A stretch of 63,590 bases of DNA, the filler included, from Licmophora abbreviata (taxonomy: Eukaryota), in assembly GCA_900291995.1 (NCBI GenBank). It is 6 parts of 6 records of this genome, joined end to end, with 100 filler letters (N's around TTAATTAATTAA, not from the genome) between each part and the next. Parts side by side here need not be neighbours in the genome. Positions count along the whole stretch, not along the records: positions 50,811 to 62,192 come from OLMU01000303.1; positions 62,293 to 63,590 come from OLMU01000308.1; 4 more parts are not named here. One strand, 5' to 3'. The notes beneath the pieces are model-generated. The model made no database searches and had not been told where the DNA came from. It worked only from the letters and a program-made list of their open reading frames with translations. The stretch's first letter is position 1. Each line of letters opens with the position of its first letter. A program made the position numbers and the translations under genes. Shown here piece after piece: positions 56,462-63,590 of the stretch.

Positions 56462-59400
56462 CTACTGTTCATCACCTCCCACTGCAGTCGAGCGCTGCGT
56501 TCCCGGTGGCATGCACGATCTTGCCACGCTCTCAAACATCTTTTCGATCTCGGTGGCACAACGAGTAAATGGGTGGCTCCAGAACTGATAGCGCTGGTTC
56601 TGGATGAGTTCCATAAAGGTAATCACAAGACCCCACTGCAGAAGAAGTAAAGAGAAGGGAACGACAAATGTAAATATCTTGATCACAGCAGGATCGACGG
56701 AATGCACAACGGAGTGTGGCGACTTACAGGGTGTGGCTTATGAAGAATGAGTCGCTCCACCAGGACTCTCGTCACTTGCTCTTTCACGGCTGGATTCGAC
56801 GACTCGCTAAACAGGAACAGCATCACGCACGAAAAGAAGTGCGTGTGACTCGACGGATAGCGCAACTGGTTCGCAATAGCGTTCAGACTAATGTATCGAC
56901 CCTTGTCGTCGAGTGCCATAAGTTTCTGGAGAATCTCGATTTCAGGCGTCTGGGGAAGCGTGCGGGAGATCTGTGTGTTCTGAAGCCGAACAATAGCCTG
57001 CATTCCAACGTAAAACACGAGGGAGTTGATGCGGCCCTTGTCGACCTCCGCAGTACCTTCCTTGTAGAGGCGCGGCAAGAGTCCCTCAATAAAGCCTCCG
57101 CGCTGTCGGTCCTTCAAGAATGCGTCCAGGTCGGAACGCAAGCCGTGGAGTGGACCTAGAAAGTCGGACAGAATCATGGGGTTCTGCTTGATTTCCGGGA
57201 GCAGGTCAATCTTGAGGTTCGGCGTGAACGGCTCGGGTAGAGTCATTCCATTGGGAACGGCAGAGAGGAAAATGTTGCGAAGCTGGACGCAGTTTTCAGG
57301 AATGACATTGCACAGCGACAGATGGTATGCGGCAAGGAAATCGGGAAAGTCGTGAAGGAGCACGAGGAGGACGCGCAATGTGCCTTCGTAGAGTTTCTTG
57401 ATGGCAGGCGTGAGCTCACCCTTGCGAAGATGAGGTTCTAGGAACAAGAAATGATCGACCAGTAGCTGGTGGGCCACATTCCATCCTTTCTCACTCTTGG
57501 GGAGCAGCAGACTGGGAAGAAATTTGCGATTCGACACCAACTCGAGCCAAGCGAAAGCAAAGCCTGCGACACAAATGGAAAACGACGAACATGTGAGGAC
57601 AGCCACTGCGAAATCGATAGCGAGCCAAATGGAGCAACATACCTGGCAAGACAAGTGGTTGGATCACGTGGAAAGCGGCCCCAAACACGCTCAGTATTCC
57701 AGAGGAGATGGGGTCAAGCTCCTTATCCGGCGAGTTCAAGTCCATCAAGAGGTTCAAAAACAATCTGAACCACGGCCGCTGGTCCCATCTCGGACCTCCA
57801 AGTTCCTTTCTCGTCTTTTCGCATTCCCACATCATCGAGCGAACTGCGACGCCCAGAATCTTATTCAGTAATGCTATTCGTTGCGATGCCACCTTGGTCG
57901 GTGCTCCTACATTCAGGAACTTGACAAGATACGAAAGGAGCTTGGCATACATATCCATCACGGTGTAGTTCAGCCCGTTGGATTTGGACGATCCGTCTCC
58001 ACCAGCTGATGTCTTTCGGACGGCATCGACGACAATGAGATTGGACAGACGGAAGAAGCGTTCCGTGTCCTCGTCTGTCGTTCCGATGCCATTCTGCCGT
58101 AAAAGTTGCAGGTACTGGGTATGAACCTTTTCGTCAGTCGCCGCATCAGTTTGGATGCGAATCCAGCTGTCAAGCAGGAACGTAACTTGCTGCTTGGAGT
58201 TCTGAGGATCCTTTCGAGCGAAATTGGCCGTCGATTCAGCAGCTTTCGCGCAGGCGCCTGCCAAGTTCGCCAAAGAAGAGCTCGAGAGACTACTAGACTG
58301 CACGAACGACACTGTGTCGACGCGCTTCGCCTCCACCGAGCTTGCGGCGCCAACAGAGTTTCCTCGGACTTCTTCCAGCATGCGGAGGATAGGTTTTCGG
58401 AGGGACTGGCCGACTTGAGGACTTGCTTGGCTTCGTCCATCAGCGACCTTACTCATCAGATCCAGGAGTTTTGGAAAATCAGACGGAGATGCGATTCTTT
58501 CAAGAAACGCAGTGCGAATGAACAGAAGGGAGAATTCGATCCAGACCGGATTTCGCCCGTTGTCAGCGCTGACTGCAAGAAAGCCATCGAGTTCCTGTAC
58601 AGAGATCAAGCGGCTGCGCACCAGAAGCAAAAGCACCGTTCGGTGCAGCTTGCGCTGACTTTCGGTCTCAGTAGGCGCATACGTTGCCCATGTACCCAGA
58701 TCATGCCCAAGCTGAGGACAGCATTCATTTACATTCTCAAGAAGAGCGACCAAGGCTTCTAGACGAAGAGGTTCCGAGAGGGTGAGCTCGTAAAGCCGCT
58801 TGAAAATGCTCTGCGAGAATCCTAGTACCGCTTCCTTCTCGCCTGACGACATGGCCACCGGATTGCCTCCGGATGGATTGGAATTCGGAATGACTTGCTG
58901 AACGGCAGAAAGAAGCTGTCTCATTTCGTGCTGTGGGGGTAACATCGACAGTGTCACTTCCGGGGCACGCGCGCCGGCTGTCGACAAGATTGAACTAACG
59001 GCGCTGTCTATCTTGTTGGCAATAGCCTGAAGAGCTTCGATGTTGAGTGCTTGACCACCGTACGCCTTGGAGTTCGGGCCCGCCTCGGCACCAACAGTTG
59101 GACGCGGTGACGTGATCCCATTTCCACCCGAGTTCTCGGGCTGCCTCGGGGGGCGATGGAACGCCTCATAAACGCGAAGCTGCTCGCTGCGCAACCCTCC
59201 TGGTTTTGGTCGCAATGGTTCGGGAAGTGCGCCTGGGTAACGCTGTCCGTTCCCGAATATTGACATGTCGTAAAACGGCTGCCCTGTCTGATCTCTGTGC
59301 TTACGACGGGTATTCAAAGCAGGAGCGAGTGATTCGTCCATATCACGGACGGCCTTCTCGGTCGCTGCCTTCTCGATGAGGAGACAACCCAGTTCAACAT

Positions 59401-62192
59401 TATCGGTGGCGCAAATCGCGATGCACTGTTCGACAGTCTTTTGATCCTCGTCGCTCAGCTTGTCAACTCCGTTGGGGCAGAGAACCTGCCGAAGATGAGT
59501 CGAAATGCTTGTGCGAAGTGGTTCGCGGCAGGTGACAAGGGCTAGACTTCCCGCGAGGTTTGCCACCATCAGCTGACCAGCCTTGCGCATCTTGTTCTCG
59601 TCGCCTTCCATCGCGAAATCCTTGGTGACGATTTCTTTTGTAGTAATACAAGCAATTGTAACGCTGCGCTCGACTACGGGCTGAATGATTTCTCGGATAG
59701 CTCGGTCGACCGCGACTGGGAAGGAGCGTTTCACCACTGCAGTCGTCAAAGACCCTGACTTCTGAAGTAGCTGTTCAAGGCTCGAATTTATCTTGACATA
59801 TGAAGCGAGATTAGGTATGACCGTCCCTTCTGGAAGAGAGAGGCCCTTAGCATCGGAGGGCCCTAGGTCACCAGAGTCTTTCGCAATCTTTGACTCTACA
59901 GAGGCGACGCTGGAAGCCTTCAAGTTGAAGTCTGGGTTCCTTTCCTTCTTCGGCGGGATTCGCCTCGCCAACTCTTCGGTTCGAAGAGGAATTTCGTCAA
60001 GCTTCACCCCCATGTTCTTACATAGAACCTCTACTTCGAACTTGATGTTCATCTTCAGTTCAGGAACTTCGTAGAGCGACCGGAAGACACTAAGCAGCCC
60101 CATGAGCCAAGGATTCGGTGGACGGAAAGCAACGGACTTCTTCGAGCCTTCCAGCAGTTTCGCAACAAAGGGCGTCACGGCGATAAGCATCCCATTTTCG
60201 TACCCCTGGTACAGAAGCTCTTTGCAGTCAAGCATGATCTGGAGTACAGGACGGTTTCTTGCAAGGGTAATTTGGCCGAGCCAGCTGCCCAGATTCTTCA
60301 AAAGACTTCTCTCTGACGTCGAAGTCGTAATTTTCGGAGATCGTAGAAGTTTACCGATATTCAAGTAGACACTAGCAAGAATCGCAGTGATGAGACCCTT
60401 TCCGTAGTCTCCCATGGCACCAAGGAACCCTAAATAAGTCGGATGATGATTGGGCTGAGTGCTGATCCGCCGAACGACCAAGTAGTTTCCAAGCCAGCCA
60501 AAATATTGTGGATCAAGGAGGTCTTTCAGCTCTTGGGCCTTCGATTCGTAGTTGGACGAGTCGAGGTTGTTGATTAGCAGCTGCACACGATCGAGTAGCG
60601 CGTCCGGAGGAGACTCGTGTTCTCTGTCAACGTCCTCTGCGTCCGTGACGGCACGGCCAAGCTTCGGACCAAACTCGGCGACGCGAGTCTCCGGGATTGG
60701 TACTACAGGAGGAGTCAGCTCTATCGTACTTGGACCACCTGACTGGTTACCACGAGGTAAACTGTCGGTCCCAGACAGCGATCTTGAAAGCGAAGAAAGA
60801 GAGCGACCCCTAGCCTCTCCTGGAGCATCCGTCTCCAGTGCTACCATGCTAGGATTCTCTTGTGCGGCACCTTTGGAGGACGACGTCCCTGTGGCGATAT
60901 TTTGATTCTCAATCATGGCGTTCTTGATTTCTGTGACGAGATCGGCATAGCCTTCTTTCAAGTGAGGGATTTGTACAATGTGAGAACAGTATTGCGGCCA
61001 CTCATGCAGTCGACCCTTGAACTGTTCCAAGGCGAACATGCCGAAGCGGAACATCTTGCCACTGCTGGATACGGTAGCACCAGGAGGCGACGGAGGTTTT
61101 CTGAGCGCATCAAGGATGTAGCGCAGGGCAATACCTAACGTAATGCTGTTAACGAGCTGCTCTTGAATCAGCGCCCCAAACAAAATTCCAGTGATGCGGA
61201 GCTCCTTCTCGGGATACTTGGCGAAGAATCGATATTCGTCGAAGAGGTTGTGAATCATAGACGCAAAGATATCTTGTTCGCGTTGGGTACCAGTCTTGAA
61301 TTGCTTCAGCATCTGGACGACTTCGCCAATGCTGTGCTCCGATGTATAGATCTTGTGATAATACGAGTTCACTGCCTCTTCAATCTCGTCGGCCTTACTT
61401 GACGAGCCAGGTGGACCGTCTGTACCGCCTTGCGACGGACTTCCCGCTCTTGGTCGCAGGTCAACGCTCGCTCTCAATGAAGGATGTGCCGTCACGCATG
61501 CGTCTGCTACCGTCTTGACGTAGTCTCCAAGGGTGTCTCTACCAGAGAGAGTATTGGCAATTCCAGCCATTGAGGCTGGCACTGCTTGAGCCGCCAGTTG
61601 AGTATCCAGCGAGAGCAGCACTGCGAGCGAGGTCGCCACATTCTCAAGACTAACGAGCGGCGTTTCACCGTTTCCAGCACGCGGCGTCGCCATAGGGAAA
61701 GTCTTGGCCAAGTATGCCACGAGAGCGATCGAAAACATGGCTGCCGATGCACCGGACTTCGAAGATGTTCGTTCCGTCAGCCATTGCTTCAGCTGCAACA
61801 TTTCATTGTCTGCCATGAAGAAAGCCATCGCAATACTAAATTCTGGATCCTTGCCGCCATTCAACAATGCTGCGATTGCGTCTTTGGGAGACGGCAGGCG
61901 ACGCACGATATCGATAATGTGCGCTAGGGTGGCTCGACGCGTCTGGGGAGACTCCGATGACGTGCTGCGCCATGCTTCAATGCAGCACGACGTCACAGTA
62001 GTGTGAGAGATGATCCACAATCTACTGATGGCCGCTGGTGCATTCTGAACTCGATGTTGCGCGCTGGGCTTGAAAAACAAGGGAATCAACTCTCTCATGA
62101 GCTCACCCTTCATTTGCGTTCCAGCATGAGCCATGTTGTCGGCACTTCCATGTGCCGCAGCATTTGCAGCGTTGAGCTGCAGTCGGACTAAG
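56462..62192 (-). CDS. NOT1: CCR4-NOT complex subunit 1, 5'-partial; two short introns near the 3' end
   Basis: [98 protein letters not shown]. Confidence 0.97.
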
Positions 62193-62292
62193 NNNNNNNN
62201 NNNNNNNNNNNNNNNNNNNNNNNNNNNNNNNNNNNNTTAATTAATTAANNNNNNNNNNNNNNNNNNNNNNNNNNNNNNNNNNNNNNNNNNNN
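62193..62292. other. Assembly gap with TTAATTAATTAA linker
   Basis: 100-nt N/linker/N block. Confidence 0.97.
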
Positions 62293-63590
62293 AATGGATC
62301 GCTTTAGAGGTCTGGCACCATAGACAGGATCAAAACCAACCTCTGCTAGGTGATCCAGAGCTGCATCAGTCAAGGACATGGTGATCTGTCGATCCTTCAG
62401 GCGTGTCTCAAGGCGTTTCATCTCCAACTTAACAATGCCACGGAGGTGGCTCTTGTTCAAGCTATTGAAAATGACCTGCTCGTCGATGCGATTCAAAAAT
62501 TCGGGCTTGAAGTGATCCCTCATAGCAGCTGTGACGCGTTCCCTAATGAGTTCCTGGTTGCCGTTGAGATCGAGAATCTCCTGGCTGCCAATGTTGCTCG
62601 TGAAGATAACAATCGTGTTTCGGAAATTCACGGAATGACCCTTCGAGTCAGTGAGGCGGCCATCATCGAGAAGCTGCAGCATGACATTGAAGACATCTGG
62701 ATGTGCCTTCTCCATTTCGTCGAACAGTAGTACAGAGTAGGGTTTGCGGCGAATCGCGTCAGTGAGCTGTCCTCCTTCGTCATATCCAACATAGCCAGGA
62801 GGAGCTCCCAGCAGCCTCGACACTGCATGCTTCTCCATGTACTCGGACATGTCAATGCGCACCAAGGCTTCCTCGGTGTCAAACATGAACTCGCTGAGCG
62901 CTTTGCACAACTCTGTCTTACCCTGTCACACCCGAAAGAGTTAGAATAAATGTGAGGAACCAACCCTTGAAAACAATATGGCCAGGTATTCAACTCGCAA
63001 CACTTACCACACCGGTAGGCCCCAGAAAGATCAGAGATGCAATGGGTTTTGACGGGTCGTTCAGTCCAGCACGAGAGCGCTGCACGGCTTCGGTGACAGC
63101 CTCGATTGCTTCATCCTGACCAACAACGCGTTCTTTCAGTTTGTCTGCCATTCCTAGAATGCGCTCTTTCTCTGTCTCCATGAGCTTCTGAGGTGGGACC
63201 CCAGTCCAGACGGCAACGACGGCTGCAATGTCGTCCGCAATCACTTCGTCACGTAACATCTTCTCTCCCCCTGAGAACTCCGATCCCTCCGAGTTTTCTG
63301 CCTCGATCTCCCGTAGCTCCTCTTCCAGTTTGGGCAATGTGGAGTATTTGAGTTCGGCAGCGCGATTTAAGTCAAACTCCCTTTCACACTTCTCAATCTC
63401 AAGCTTGACCTCAGCAATTTCCTCCTTGATCTCTTGTGTCTGCTCTACACCGCCGCGTTCGGAAAGCCACCGGGCGTTCAGATCCGCCTGCATCTTTAGC
63501 AAATGATCCAGCTTCGCGTCGAGGTTCATTAGACGGGATTCATGGTCGCGCATTTCTAACATCGGATCTCCATATGCGCCGTCAATGTCG
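62293..63590 (-). CDS. clpB: ClpB/Hsp100 chaperone, internal fragment (M domain + NBD2); intron about 62924-63007
   Basis: [86 protein letters not shown]. Confidence 0.96.

Overview
Gene-dense eukaryotic nuclear DNA, most likely from a diatom (short GT-AG introns, bipartite signal + ASF/AFAP-like plastid presequences, cyanobacterial-type MPBQ methyltransferase, mitochondrial-type MinC). The window is a scaffold of six contigs joined by 100-nt N/TTAATTAATTAA/N linkers, and several homopolymer frameshifts look like pyrosequencing errors. About 27 protein genes are supportable: housekeeping genes (UFL1, RPC9, LCB1, SMC4, GSS, UGD, NOT1, ClpB, PCGF, ABHD13) mixed with unusual ones. The best candidate for something new is a 354-aa two-TM protein (49529-50593) that matches the proton-activated chloride channel PAC/TMEM206 motif by motif and also carries the DEG/ENaC FPxxxxCN motif; it sits convergent with a HET-domain/multi-TM gene. 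Other notable items are an ACBP-DegT aminotransferase fusion missed by the ORF track, a convergent pair of kinase-less STAND ATPase-TPR paralogs next to a GPCR, a tail-anchored PPK2, a probable MINDY pseudo-deubiquitinase, a Siva-like zinc finger, a 6-nt microexon and a GC-AG intron. No rRNA, tRNA, CRISPR array or transposon was recognised. All family assignments are from motif recall, not database searches.
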